Source: Candidatus Zambryskibacteria bacterium RIFCSPHIGHO2_01_FULL_43_25
GTDB lineage: Bacteria > Patescibacteriota > Minisyncoccia > Phycocordibacterales > Zambryskibacteraceae
Length of the DNA: 64,000 nucleotides
NCBI GenBank assembly: GCA_001823695.1
Contig: MHVD01000002.1
Location: forward strand, 15,215-79,214
Direction of reading: 5' to 3'
Positions 18,348 to 28,311 of the stretch are shown one piece after another. The notes under the pieces were generated by a model. It was not told the origin of the DNA, did not search any database, and saw only the letters and a program-made list of their open reading frames with translations. Numbering within the stretch: position 1 is the stretch's first letter; every line of letters starts with the position of its first letter. Position numbers and translations under genes: made by a program.

Positions 18348-19094
18348 ATGAAATTAGCCGAAACTAAAAACGAAACGGGAATTCTAGACAAGCTTTTTGA
18401 AATAGGAGCACATTTTGGGTTGGTCAAATCTCGCCGGCATCCTTCAACCAAGCCGTATCTTTTCGGAGTCAAGAATAAAGTCGAGATTTTTAATCTTGAG
18501 AAAACCAAATCCTCTCTAGATTCCGCGAAGGAATTTGTCGAGGGAGTGGCAAAGGAAAGAGGTGTAATACTGTTCGTCGGCGGCAAGAGCGAAGCCAAGG
18601 AAGCTCTCCGAGCCGGAGCAGAAAGAATAAAAATGCCGTACGTTGCTGGCAGATGGTTAGGCGGGACACTCACAAATTTTTCTGAAATCCGGAAGAGGAT
18701 AAGCAAACTTGAGTCGCTTGTAAGTCAGAAAGAAAAAGGTGAATTGGTAAAATATACGAAGAAAGAGAGGCTTTTGATTGACAGGGAAATAGAGTATTTG
18801 GGGAGATTTTTCGGAGGGTTGTCTTATCTGACTCGATTACCCAAAACTCTGTTTATCATTGACTCCCGTAGGGAGAAAAATGCTGTCCTAGAGGCAGTGA
18901 AGCTAAACATACCGATAGTATCTCTTTCAAGTTCTGATTGCGACCTATCATTTATTGACTATCCCATTCCGGCAAATGATGCTGGAATGGCGAGCATAAA
19001 ATACTTTGTTGATGAGATTGTTTCTGCTTACGAGAACGGTCTCAAAATGGTGCCAACGGCAAAAGAGGAGACAAAAGAAAAAAACGTGGTTTAG
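18348..19094 (+). CDS. rpsB: 30S ribosomal protein S2
   Basis: LFEIGAHFGLVKSRRHPSTKPYLFG...NKVEIFNLEKT. Confidence 0.9.
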   Translation: MKLAETKNETGILDKLFEIGAHFGLVKSRRHPSTKPYLFGVKNKVEIFNLEKTKSSLDSAKEFVEGVAKERGVILFVGGKSEAKEALRAGAERIKMPYVAGRWLGGTLTNFSEIRKRISKLESLVSQKEKGELVKYTKKERLLIDREIEYLGRFFGGLSYLTRLPKTLFIIDSRREKNAVLEAVKLNIPIVSLSSSDCDLSFIDYPIPANDAGMASIKYFVDEIVSAYENGLKMVPTAKEETKEKNVV

Positions 19095-19151
19095 ATATAA
19101 TTTCCTAAGCCATCCTTTAGGGGTTAGCTTAGTTTTGATATAATTCGTGCC

Positions 19152-19736
19152 ATGATTACTACTGAACAAGTAAAAGAACTTAGGAATAAAACAGGGGTAT
19201 CGGTGATGCAATGCCGAAGGGCTCTTGAGGAAGCGGGGGGTAATATTGAAAAGGCGGTTATTATACTCCAGCGGAAAGGCAGCGATATCGCAGAAAAAAA
19301 GGCCAACAGGGCCCTGAAATCCGGAGCAGTCCAGTCATATATTCACGCCAATGGTAGCATCGGTGCAATAGTTGAACTTTCGTGCGAAACTGATTTTGTT
19401 GCCAAGAACAGCGATTTTATCGCCCTAGCTTACGACATTGCTATGCATACTGCCGCAACTGACCCGCAATTCTTAAAAATGGAAGATATTACAGAGAGCG
19501 TAAAAAAACAAGCAGTGGAGATATTTGAAAAAGAAGTTATTGACAAGCCAAAAGACCTGAAGGAAAAAATAATTGAAGGCAAGCTCAAAGCTTATTTTGG
19601 GGAACAAGTTCTTCTGGACCAGCAATTCATCAAAAATCCGGATATGACAATCCGTAATTTGATAAACAGCGCAACGCAGAAATTTGGCGAACGCATTGAA
19701 GTAAGGCGTTTTGTCCGATTTTCCACATTGCAGTAG
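19152..19736 (+). CDS. tsf: Elongation factor Ts (short form)
   Basis: TTEQVKELRNKTGVSVMQCRRALEEAGGNIEKA UBA-like N-terminus and GSIGAIVELSCETDFVAKN. Confidence 0.85.
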   Translation: MITTEQVKELRNKTGVSVMQCRRALEEAGGNIEKAVIILQRKGSDIAEKKANRALKSGAVQSYIHANGSIGAIVELSCETDFVAKNSDFIALAYDIAMHTAATDPQFLKMEDITESVKKQAVEIFEKEVIDKPKDLKEKIIEGKLKAYFGEQVLLDQQFIKNPDMTIRNLINSATQKFGERIEVRRFVRFSTLQ

Positions 19737-19747
19737 GGGAAATTATT

Positions 19748-20161
19748 ATGACTCTAACATACACTTTTTTTATTTCTTTGGGATTGATTGTTATTCTCAT
19801 AGCCCACAAAGCGTTTGAGATAAAAAGGGGAAGAGAAACTTTTGTCTCCAGCCTCTTCGTTGCGCTGGATAAACCGATGAGAAATTTGTTTGATTCCGGC
19901 CGCAACGCAATGATTGAGAGGCGAGAGAGGATAATGGTTTTTTTGCGACAAGACGTTCCTCATCATACTCTCAATATGGGCGAGCAATTTGGTTTTTTTC
20001 TGGGCGGAAAGTACAAAAACTTTTTGAGAAAAATGAGAGGCATAAAATCTCTTGAACACGGCAACGGCGGGTCAATCTTTATGAGAGCGATGACAGAACA
20101 CAAGAGAAAGAGCGCAAATAACGGCAGTTTTAATCAGAACCTTAAAGGTGATTCAAAATAG
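19748..20161 (+). CDS. Hypothetical membrane-anchored protein
   Basis: ATG 11 nt after the tsf stop, one N-terminal TM. No domain recognised. Confidence 0.3.
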   Translation: MTLTYTFFISLGLIVILIAHKAFEIKRGRETFVSSLFVALDKPMRNLFDSGRNAMIERRERIMVFLRQDVPHHTLNMGEQFGFFLGGKYKNFLRKMRGIKSLEHGNGGSIFMRAMTEHKRKSANNGSFNQNLKGDSK

Positions 20162-20187
20162 TCTTTTGTGGTATTATCCCATTGTTT

Positions 20188-20260
20188 GCCACCTTAGCTC
20201 AGTTGGTAGAGCAACGCTTTTGTAAAGCGAAGGTCCCCGGTTCGAGTCCGGGAGGTGGCT
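20188..20260 (+). tRNA. tRNA-Thr (anticodon UGU)
   Basis: Cloverleaf: acceptor gccacct/aggtggc, D arm gctc-agttggta-gagc, anticodon stem acgct/agcga with loop ttTGTaa, T arm cccgg-ttcgagt-ccggg. CCA not encoded. Confidence 0.85.
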
Positions 20261-20272
20261 CAAAGACTAAAC

Positions 20273-20303
20273 AAAACCTCCGTTTAGAACGGAGGTTTTG
20301 TTT
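20273..20303. terminator. Bidirectional intrinsic terminator (tRNA on + strand, thioredoxin-like gene on - strand)
   Basis: aaaacctccgtt-tag-aacggaggtttt, flanked by T-runs on both strands. Confidence 0.75.
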
Positions 20304-20987
20304 CTAGCTTTCTTCTGTGCTAGTAGCTTGTTTATCTTGTTCTTCTTTCCACTCTTTGAGTATTGGTATGGCCTTTTCTATGTCTTCAATGCTCTGGAAA
20401 CCATAAAATATATTATCGTCAATATAAACAGCCGGAAGCGACTGTTTTATTTCGTTGATAGAGATCAGTGTCTTTACTGCAGGCAAGTCAATGTTGTAAT
20501 CAAATGAATAAACCCGAAGCTGAGGGAAATCCTCTTTGAGTCGTGTCAGGACATAACCTTGTTTCTGGCATTCATCGCAACTCTCCTTGTAAAAATAGAG
20601 TATGAAAACATTCCCCGCCCCGCATTTCTCGTTCACTCTCTTCATAAGCAGGAAGTCTTTTATCTGGAGCAGAGAGTAGTATTTTTTTAAGGCCTCAACC
20701 TCCGCATCGTCAGGCCCCCTTGTTTCTTCTGTGAATGACAGCCTCTCTCCTAGGCGGTTTAATTCTTTGGAAAGAATAGTATTGCCGATCTCCTTGCAGG
20801 AAAATTCTTCAAGCAGAGACGATTGGACTTCGGAAGAAAGAATGTCCGTTGATATCTGGTCTTGGATAAGTCTGATTTCCGCGACCTTCTTCCTACTTAT
20901 ATAATCGGCCAGAAAAATCGCCGTGATAAAAATTAGCGCAGTTATTACAAGAGCGACTAAGTATCTTCTTATATCCGGGTTTTTCAT
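20304..20987 (-). CDS. Membrane-anchored thioredoxin-fold protein (CxxC = CDEC)
   Basis: N-terminal TM, then ...FILYFYKESCDECQKQ... thioredoxin-like motif. Confidence 0.55.
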   Translation of the reverse strand: MKNPDIRRYLVALVITALIFITAIFLADYISRKKVAEIRLIQDQISTDILSSEVQSSLLEEFSCKEIGNTILSKELNRLGERLSFTEETRGPDDAEVEALKKYYSLLQIKDFLLMKRVNEKCGAGNVFILYFYKESCDECQKQGYVLTRLKEDFPQLRVYSFDYNIDLPAVKTLISINEIKQSLPAVYIDDNIFYGFQSIEDIEKAIPILKEWKEEQDKQATSTEES

Positions 20988-20988
20988 T

Positions 20989-22224
20989 TTATTTCCAGCT
21001 TATATCTCTCGCGAAAGCGGTGCTATAGAGGGCCTTAGCCAGCCATAAGGGCGCTATAAGTCCATAAAAAAGCAAGAAATAAAAGACATCTCGACCCAAA
21101 TATACACGCCCATACGTCATTTTTCGACTGATGAAAATTATAGCCAGTGTTCCCAGAAGTATTACTGCCGTGACTATGGCAATTGGATTGATATTGATAA
21201 AAAATAAATCAAAAGACGGTATGGACAAGTTAAGACCGGCGGCCTGTATCTGCTCAAACCTCTCGGCTCCCTTGACTGCAGCGTTGACTATCAGCGTTCC
21301 GGTGAAATAAAGGGCGATAAATATTGAAACAATTGCCATGGGAAGGATATACATTCCTATATTGCCGAATTTCCTGCGGAATATCATGTGTCTGTAATCA
21401 ATCATATTGTTCAGAAATCCATAGGTCCATCTTAGTCTCTGTTTATAGAGACTCTTTAGGGTATATGGAGCAACTGTGTAGATGTGCGCATTGTGGGCAT
21501 TGACTATCTTCATATGGTTACTGTGCATACGAAGAGCGATTTCAAAATCTTCTGTGAAATGAGCGTGCTTATAACCTCCCAATTCATCAAAGACCTGCTT
21601 TCTGAATATAGAAAACGGTCCTGGAGTTATATATATTGCGCCTAGAAATGAGAGCATCTTTCTTAGGAATATTCCCCACGAGTATTCAACTTTCTGTATA
21701 AGCTGGATTATACTTGTGGGTTCAAAGACTTTTATCGCGGGAGTGACGGCCATTATTTCGGAACTAGTGAAATGGGAAATAATTATTTTCAATGTTTGTT
21801 TTTCAACAAACGAATCTGCATCCAGACAACCCACAAACGGCGTGGTTACATATTTCAACCCGAAATTTAGCGCCGAATATTTCCCGCCGTTTTCTTTTTT
21901 TAGAATTTCAATTTGTTTATTGTTTCTAAAACGGTTTAGAACATTCTGCGTGTTGTCGGTGCTGCCATCGTCAACGATTATTATGTTTAATTTTTCTTTT
22001 GGATAATCAAGATCAAGAATGGATTCAATTGTTTTGGTTATGGTTTGTTCCTCGTTAAAGCAGGGTACAATGACACTGACTGCAGGAAGGTCGGTTGGCA
22101 TAGGTCTGTCCTCTTCTTGCTTTATTGAATGCCTTCTCTCAAGATAAGTAAGAAGCATGAATATCTCAAAATACAGAGATATAAAAAGCGACAGATATAT
22201 AATTGTTTGGGCAATGTCGGACAT
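20989..22224 (-). CDS. Processive family-2 glycosyltransferase (membrane-bound, QxxRW motif)
   Basis: VSVIVPCFNEE...IVDDGSTDNT DxD region, QRLRW motif and multiple C-terminal TMs. Confidence 0.8.
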   Translation of the reverse strand: MSDIAQTIIYLSLFISLYFEIFMLLTYLERRHSIKQEEDRPMPTDLPAVSVIVPCFNEEQTITKTIESILDLDYPKEKLNIIIVDDGSTDNTQNVLNRFRNNKQIEILKKENGGKYSALNFGLKYVTTPFVGCLDADSFVEKQTLKIIISHFTSSEIMAVTPAIKVFEPTSIIQLIQKVEYSWGIFLRKMLSFLGAIYITPGPFSIFRKQVFDELGGYKHAHFTEDFEIALRMHSNHMKIVNAHNAHIYTVAPYTLKSLYKQRLRWTYGFLNNMIDYRHMIFRRKFGNIGMYILPMAIVSIFIALYFTGTLIVNAAVKGAERFEQIQAAGLNLSIPSFDLFFININPIAIVTAVILLGTLAIIFISRKMTYGRVYLGRDVFYFLLFYGLIAPLWLAKALYSTAFARDISWK

Positions 22225-22335
22225 TAGTTTCTTCTAAAACTAAGCGATTATACTATCTATTTGCGCTTTTTTCAATATTTTGCTTTTTTGAAAAAAGGCC
22301 AGATTTATATATAATTACCAGCAGTTACCATCAAA

Positions 22336-23142
22336 ATGAAAGAGTACGAAGCTGACACATACGGCCACCTGCATCCTATAAGCCACATTATCAGGCAAAC
22401 AGCCTATATTTTTTCTCAAATTGGATTTTCTACAGTCAGCGGACCTGAAATAGAAACAGAGTATTATAATTTTGATGCTCTAAACATTCCTGCTCATCAC
22501 CCGGCTCGTGATATGTGGGACACTTTTTGGCTTAAGCAAACCAACAACCAACAGTCGGCAGCCGATGACGGACTAGCAGGCGGTAAAGATAGCAAGTCAT
22601 CAGTTGTTGGTAGTAAGTTATTACGAACTCACACCTCGCCGGTACAAGTACGTTTTGCGGAAAAAAACAAACCTCCGATCAGGATTATTGTGCCTGGCAA
22701 AACCTTTCGTCACGAAGCGACAGATGCCACCCACGAAGCCCAATTTTTCCAACTTGAAGGTTTATATATTGATACTGATGTGTCGCTAGCGAATTTAAAA
22801 TTCGTTCTTGAGTTTTACCTTGAGAAGTTGTTTGGCTCCAAAACCGATATCAGATTCAGGCCGAGTTTTTTCCCGTTTGTCGAACCGGGCGTTGAAATTG
22901 ACATGTCCTGTTTCAAATGCGGCGGGAGTGGTTGTCCTACATGCAAACAATCTGGTTGGATTGAAATAATGGGGGCAGGAATGGTGCATCCTAAGGTCTT
23001 AAGTAACATGGGCATTCATCCAAAGAGATTCAGCGGTTTTGCCTTCGGCGGCGGTATAGACAGACTGGCAATGCTTAAATTCGGGATAGGTGATATAAGA
23101 TCGCTTTATACGGGCGATTTGCGGCTTATAAATCAGTTTTAG
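22336..23142 (+). CDS. pheS: Phenylalanine--tRNA ligase alpha subunit
   Basis: NIPAHHPARDMWDTFW, FRHEATDATHEAQFFQLEG and FFPFVEPGVEIDM class II motifs. Short N-terminus. Confidence 0.9.
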   Translation: MKEYEADTYGHLHPISHIIRQTAYIFSQIGFSTVSGPEIETEYYNFDALNIPAHHPARDMWDTFWLKQTNNQQSAADDGLAGGKDSKSSVVGSKLLRTHTSPVQVRFAEKNKPPIRIIVPGKTFRHEATDATHEAQFFQLEGLYIDTDVSLANLKFVLEFYLEKLFGSKTDIRFRPSFFPFVEPGVEIDMSCFKCGGSGCPTCKQSGWIEIMGAGMVHPKVLSNMGIHPKRFSGFAFGGGIDRLAMLKFGIGDIRSLYTGDLRLINQF

Positions 23143-23160
23143 TCCGGCAATTAAAAGAAC

Positions 23161-25539
23161 ATGCTTATCAGTTATAAATGGCTAGAGAGGTACTTTGATG
23201 AAAAACTGCCGGAAGCGGAAAAAATTTCCAGTGCGCTCACAATGCATTCCTTTGAGGTTGAATCTTTTGAAGCTGTTGAAGGAGATACGGTTTTCAACAT
23301 CAAAATTTTACCTGACCGTGCCCATGACTGTCTGTCGCACAGAGGTATTGCCAGAGAGATATCGGTAATTCTCGGTACGAGGCTTAACAAGGAAGAGTAT
23401 GAACTCAAGCCGCTGTCAGGTATCCCAGAATCCAAGAAAGTCACAATTAATTACATTGACCAAAAAATCTGTCCGCGTTTCTCAGCGCTTGTCATTGAAA
23501 ATATAAAAATAAAAGAAAGCCCAGGATGGCTTCGTGAAATCCTCAAATCCATAGGCCAGAAATCAATAAACAACGTAGTTGATATAACCAATTACGTGAT
23601 GTTTTCAATGGGACAACCGCTTCATGCATATGACTTAAGTCGCCTTAATCAAAAAGATGGGGTGATTGATTTCGGGGTAAGAATGAGTCAAAAAGGAGAA
23701 AAACTTATAACCTTGGACGGCAAGGAGTATGAAATGCCTGGAGGGTTGCTAGTTATAGAAAACGAAGGCGCTGTGGGTATTGCTGGAATAAAGGGTGGCA
23801 ATTCAAGCAGAATAGATGAAAATACAAAATCAATTGTGATTGAGGCGGCAAATTTTAATCCAGTAGCGGTCAGAAAATCATCTAAAGCTATAGGTTTGAG
23901 GACTGATGCCTCAATCAGGTTTGAAAATGATATATCTCCAAAACTTACACTCCGCGCTCTTGAAATGGCCAGGGGGCTTGTTTTAGAGCTCGCAAGCACA
24001 AAAGATACGATTATTGAAGGATTTGCCGATTTTTACCCCATTAGGAGGTCGGACTACAAGGTTGGAGTATCTCTGGAAGAAATTAAAAAAATTACCGGTA
24101 TTGATTTTGATGATAAAGAAATTAAAAAAATTTTAGATCGAGCACTGCTGAAATATGAGGTAATCAATCCTCGTGATGTTATTGTGTCTCTTGCGAAAGA
24201 AAATCTAGGCAAACCATATAAATACGGCGCAAGCGTGACTGCTGATGCACCAAACGCTTTTGACTGTTCCTCGTTTATTTCTTGGCTTTATGCCCAGGCT
24301 GGTATTTCTATACCAAGAATTTCCATAGACCAATATATTTACGGAGCAGAAATTTCCAGAGAAAAAACCAAGCCTGGGGATTTAGTTTTTTGTAATACGC
24401 ACAGAGACAACAGGGGTGTTTTTCATCGTAAGTCCATAGAGTTTTTACCTGGAACTGAGGTTACTAAACCAGTTGATCATGACGGTATTTACCTTGGTAA
24501 TGGCGAAGTTGCACATTCTACTGAAATTAAAGGAAAGATAATTGTTGAACTTTTAGATGAAAGTGATTCTTTTAAGGATATAGTTGGGTTCAGAAGGGTT
24601 AAAGAAATTGATAAAGATAGATATGTTATTTCCGTTCCTTTCGAAAGACTTGACTTGAGGCAACCCGCAGATCTTATAGAAGAAATTGCAAGAATCTATG
24701 GGTACGAAAATATAAAGCCAAAAAAACTGGAAGAAACTTCAGCAGAAGTTTTTACTGATAAAAATTCATATTATGCAGATTTGATGAAAGACATTTTAAT
24801 TGGCGAAGGTTTCTCGGAAATCATAAGTTATTCTTTTAAAAATAATGGCAAAATTGAACTCCTTAACCCGATTGCTTCTGATAAGGGCTTTCTCAGGGCG
24901 GATTTAAAAAACTCTATGCACGACCTGCTTGAATTTAATTTCAGTAATGCTGAACTCCTTGGCTTGACGGAAGTTAAAGTATTTGAAGTTGGCACCATTT
25001 TTAACAGCAAAGCGGAACACCTATCCTTGGCTGTGGCTGTAAAGAATAATGAAAAACAAAAGGTGGTTGATGAAGCAGTACGAGCGGTTATATCAAAAAT
25101 TAGTGATGATTTGAAGATTGACTTAATGAAATTTGGCGTTATTGAAGGCGGTATATACGAAGGCGATTTTGAAAAAGCAATAAAGAATTTGCCTGAGCCG
25201 AAAGAAGTAATTAAATTTGAATCAAGACCAAATCTCAAATTTAAAACCCCGTCAGTATACCCCTTTGTCTTGAGAGATGTGGCGGTTTTTGTGCCAAACG
25301 GAATTTCGGCGGATGAAGTTTTTGCTATTATAAAAAAAGAAGGCGGCAATTTACTTACACGTGTCAGACTTTTTGATGTATTTGAAAAAACAACAGAAGA
25401 TGGTGAAAAGAAAATCTCGTACGCTTTTAGACTTGTCTTTCAGTCCCAAAGCAGGACTTTAACAGATGAAGAAATGAACACAATAATGGAGAGAATTAAT
25501 AAGGCAGTCAATGCCAAGTTAAACTGGCAAGTGAGGTAA
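23161..25539 (+). CDS. pheT: Phenylalanine--tRNA ligase beta subunit carrying an inserted NlpC/P60 domain. The N-terminal OB tRNA-binding domain is absent.
   Basis: B3/B4 region (VDITNYVMFSMGQPLHAYD), B5 region split by a ~148-aa insert, EEIARIYGYENI motif, and C-terminal FDX-ACB-like domain. Confidence 0.85.
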   Translation: MLISYKWLERYFDEKLPEAEKISSALTMHSFEVESFEAVEGDTVFNIKILPDRAHDCLSHRGIAREISVILGTRLNKEEYELKPLSGIPESKKVTINYIDQKICPRFSALVIENIKIKESPGWLREILKSIGQKSINNVVDITNYVMFSMGQPLHAYDLSRLNQKDGVIDFGVRMSQKGEKLITLDGKEYEMPGGLLVIENEGAVGIAGIKGGNSSRIDENTKSIVIEAANFNPVAVRKSSKAIGLRTDASIRFENDISPKLTLRALEMARGLVLELASTKDTIIEGFADFYPIRRSDYKVGVSLEEIKKITGIDFDDKEIKKILDRALLKYEVINPRDVIVSLAKENLGKPYKYGASVTADAPNAFDCSSFISWLYAQAGISIPRISIDQYIYGAEISREKTKPGDLVFCNTHRDNRGVFHRKSIEFLPGTEVTKPVDHDGIYLGNGEVAHSTEIKGKIIVELLDESDSFKDIVGFRRVKEIDKDRYVISVPFERLDLRQPADLIEEIARIYGYENIKPKKLEETSAEVFTDKNSYYADLMKDILIGEGFSEIISYSFKNNGKIELLNPIASDKGFLRADLKNSMHDLLEFNFSNAELLGLTEVKVFEVGTIFNSKAEHLSLAVAVKNNEKQKVVDEAVRAVISKISDDLKIDLMKFGVIEGGIYEGDFEKAIKNLPEPKEVIKFESRPNLKFKTPSVYPFVLRDVAVFVPNGISADEVFAIIKKEGGNLLTRVRLFDVFEKTTEDGEKKISYAFRLVFQSQSRTLTDEEMNTIMERINKAVNAKLNWQVR
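24166..24609 (+). other. NlpC/P60 (papain-like Cys/His) domain inserted in-frame within the PheT B5 domain
   Basis: AFDCSSFISWLYAQAG (catalytic Cys), KPGDLVFC and HDGIYLGNGEVAHST (catalytic His) are all three canonical NlpC/P60 motifs. They lie between PheT blocks ...LLKYEV and DKDRYVISVPFERLDL.... Confidence 0.7.
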
Positions 25540-25542
25540 TAT

Positions 25543-26109
25543 ATGATTTTAGACGTACCATATTATTCACAATATAACGACGTGGAGTCGATTAATTGGC
25601 AGGATAAGGCGTGCACTATGACCTGCCTCAAAATGGCGCTGGATTTTAAAACCAAAACCGATATGCCGTCTATTAACGAGCTTATTACCGAAGGCCACGC
25701 TATTGGCGGTTACGGAGAGTACGGGTGGACGCACCAGGCGATAGTTCTCCTGTCACATAACTATGGGATACCCGCCTATCAGGAAGAGTTTCGTTCGGTA
25801 TTTGTTGATGTACAGGAAAAGACTTTCGTTCCGAGTAAATTTGAATCAGAGATATTGAATGAAGGCATCGTTCGTCTGAAGAAAGGAATAGACGAAATGC
25901 GCCTGCCGATAGTCTCTGTTAGAAGAAATTGGGAGCAAAATGGTACTTTCCATTCAATTATTATTATTGGTTATGAGCTGAAAGACCGCGAAATATCCGG
26001 TTTTTACTACCACGATCCGGATACAAAAAATGAAGAAAAAAGGAAACAATTTATTCCACTTGATAAATTTACTTCCAACTGGAGAAAAATGGCTATATTT
26101 ATAGGTTAA
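25543..26109 (+). CDS. Peptidase_C39-like (C39_2) papain-fold protein, no signal peptide
   Basis: N-terminal LDVPYYSQ...ACTMTCLKMAL matches the C39-like start. His/Asp candidates in FHSIIIIGYE / YYHDPD. Starts 4 nt after the pheT stop. Confidence 0.5.
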   Translation: MILDVPYYSQYNDVESINWQDKACTMTCLKMALDFKTKTDMPSINELITEGHAIGGYGEYGWTHQAIVLLSHNYGIPAYQEEFRSVFVDVQEKTFVPSKFESEILNEGIVRLKKGIDEMRLPIVSVRRNWEQNGTFHSIIIIGYELKDREISGFYYHDPDTKNEEKRKQFIPLDKFTSNWRKMAIFIG

Positions 26110-26219
26110 ATAGTGCACAAAAAGCTTTCATTTTTGGGTCTTTTGTGCTAATATTAAGTATATAAATCATAGTCTTTTTGGGGAGACAATCCGTCCAAAA
26201 AGCGGATTGTTATCTGTTT

Positions 26220-28298
26220 ATGGCAAGAGAAAAATCAGTAAAAAGGGGTCCTGCTAAAAACGGCTATACAGCCGAGGACATTACAGTCCTTGAGGGATTG
26301 GAGCCGGTTCGCAAGAGGCCGGGAATGTATATCGGAACAACCGGACCTGATGGACTCCACCACCTTATAACGGAAATTTTTGACAATGCCCGCGATGAGG
26401 CGATGGGGGGATTTGCCAACAATATTGAGGTTGTTTTACTGCCGGGCAACAGAGTAAGAGTCGTAGACAATGGCAGAGGCATTCCTATAGATATCCATAA
26501 GCAGACTAAAGTTTCCGCCCTGGAAACTATAATGACAACTCTTCATGCCGGTGGAAAATTTGGCGGAGGCAGCTATAAGGTTTCTGGTGGTCTTCATGGA
26601 GTCGGCGCATCGGTAGTTAATGCACTTTCGGACTATATGAAAGTGTTGGTTCACAGGGATGGCGGTTTGTATATACAGGAATATTCCGCAGGCAAAAGGA
26701 AAGCCGCTGTCAAAAAAATAGGCAGTTCAAAATTAACAGGAACAATTGTTGTCTTTGAGCCGGACCCTAAAATCTTTCCAGAAATAAAATTTGATTACGG
26801 TCGTGTAGTCAGTCATATGCGCCAGCAGGCCTACTTGGTAAAGGGGCTTCGCATTTCTGTTATTGATGCGCGTTCTGTTCCAGAAAAGGAACTTGAGAAA
26901 GAGACTTTTTGGATCAGAGACCTACACATTGAGGCGTCGAACAACTCATTTTATTTTGAGGGGGGCCTTCTTTCCTTGGTCAAATTTTACAATCAAACCC
27001 AAAAACCAATCCACAAAAACATCTTCTACACCGAGAAAAAAATAAATGAGTACGAGTCGGTAGAAGTAGCGCTGCAGTATGTAGACGACATATCTTCCAG
27101 GGTTGTTCCATTTGCAAACAACGTTTATAACACCGAGGGCGGGACTCATGTTACGGGCTTCAAAACCGCTTTGACTAGAACACTCAATGCTTATGCGCGA
27201 AAAAGCAATTCAGTAAAGGAAAGCGAAGACAATTTCACAGGAGATGACGTCTTAGAGGGCCTGACCGCCGTTATTTCAGTGAAATTGCGTGAAATTCAAT
27301 TTGAAGGGCAGACGAAGGCTAAGTTGGGCACCGTGGAAGCTAGAGGAATGGTTGAAGCGGTTTTTGGCGACGGATTCGCGGCATTTCTTGAAGAAAATCC
27401 CGATGATGCCAAGGCGATGATAGGGAAAGTCGTTTTGGCTCTTAAGGCCCGCAAAGCGGCCAAAGCGGCCAAAGAGTCAGTTCTTCGTAAGGGAGCGCTT
27501 GAGGGAATGACTTTGCCGGGGAAACTTGCTGATTGCCAAAGTAAATCAGCTGAAGAGTCGGAACTTTTCATTGTTGAGGGAGATTCAGCCGGCGGTACTG
27601 CAAAAATGGGCAGAGACAGGCGCATCCAGGCGATACTTCCTTTGCGTGGCAAAATTCTTAACATCGAACGAGCCCGTTTGGACAAGATGCTTTCTTCCGA
27701 ACAGATAAAAAATTTAGTAGTTGCTTTCGGCACAGCCATTGGCGATGTCTTTGATATAAGCAAACTACGATATCACAAGATAATCATTGCGACAGATGCC
27801 GATGTTGACGGTGCCCATATCAGAACTCTTTTATTGACCTTGCTTTATCGATTTTTCCGACCATTAGTTGATAATGGTCATGTTTATATTGCCCAGCCGC
27901 CTCTTTATAAAATAAAGAAGGGTAAAGAGATTTTCTATGCTTATACCGATGAAGAGAAAATAAATATTGTAGGGGCAGATATTACACCTGAAGATACTAT
28001 TGAAGGTGGCGAAGAAGTTGATATTGAACAAGGAGAGGAAAGTGAAGAAATAGGAGAAAAAGACACTAAAACAAAAGTTGCCAAAGTGTCTATTCAGAGA
28101 TACAAGGGTTTGGGTGAGATGAATTCGGAGGAGCTTTGGGAAACCACTATGGATCCGGCTCGAAGAATTCTAAAACAAATCACGGTTCTAGACGCTCAAG
28201 AAGCTGACAGGATATTTGATATATTGATGGGAACTGATGTCCCAGCCCGCAAGTCTTTTATTCAGACAAACGCCAAAACAGCAAATTTGGATATATAA
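26220..28298 (+). CDS. gyrB: DNA gyrase subunit B
   Basis: GHKL ATPase motifs (LHHLITEIFDNARDE, GGLHGVGASVVNALS), TOPRIM EGDSAGG, PLRGKILN and the C-terminal tail. ATG at 26220 chosen over the in-frame 26178. Confidence 0.9.
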   Translation: MAREKSVKRGPAKNGYTAEDITVLEGLEPVRKRPGMYIGTTGPDGLHHLITEIFDNARDEAMGGFANNIEVVLLPGNRVRVVDNGRGIPIDIHKQTKVSALETIMTTLHAGGKFGGGSYKVSGGLHGVGASVVNALSDYMKVLVHRDGGLYIQEYSAGKRKAAVKKIGSSKLTGTIVVFEPDPKIFPEIKFDYGRVVSHMRQQAYLVKGLRISVIDARSVPEKELEKETFWIRDLHIEASNNSFYFEGGLLSLVKFYNQTQKPIHKNIFYTEKKINEYESVEVALQYVDDISSRVVPFANNVYNTEGGTHVTGFKTALTRTLNAYARKSNSVKESEDNFTGDDVLEGLTAVISVKLREIQFEGQTKAKLGTVEARGMVEAVFGDGFAAFLEENPDDAKAMIGKVVLALKARKAAKAAKESVLRKGALEGMTLPGKLADCQSKSAEESELFIVEGDSAGGTAKMGRDRRIQAILPLRGKILNIERARLDKMLSSEQIKNLVVAFGTAIGDVFDISKLRYHKIIIATDADVDGAHIRTLLLTLLYRFFRPLVDNGHVYIAQPPLYKIKKGKEIFYAYTDEEKINIVGADITPEDTIEGGEEVDIEQGEESEEIGEKDTKTKVAKVSIQRYKGLGEMNSEELWETTMDPARRILKQITVLDAQEADRIFDILMGTDVPARKSFIQTNAKTANLDI

Positions 28299-28311
28299 AA
28301 TATCAACTTTG

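Noticed and set aside
22604-22789. Insertion-like Gln/Ser-rich segment in PheS treated as a separate ORF
   Set aside because: It is an out-of-frame overlap ORF. PheS reads through continuously with conserved motifs on both sides.
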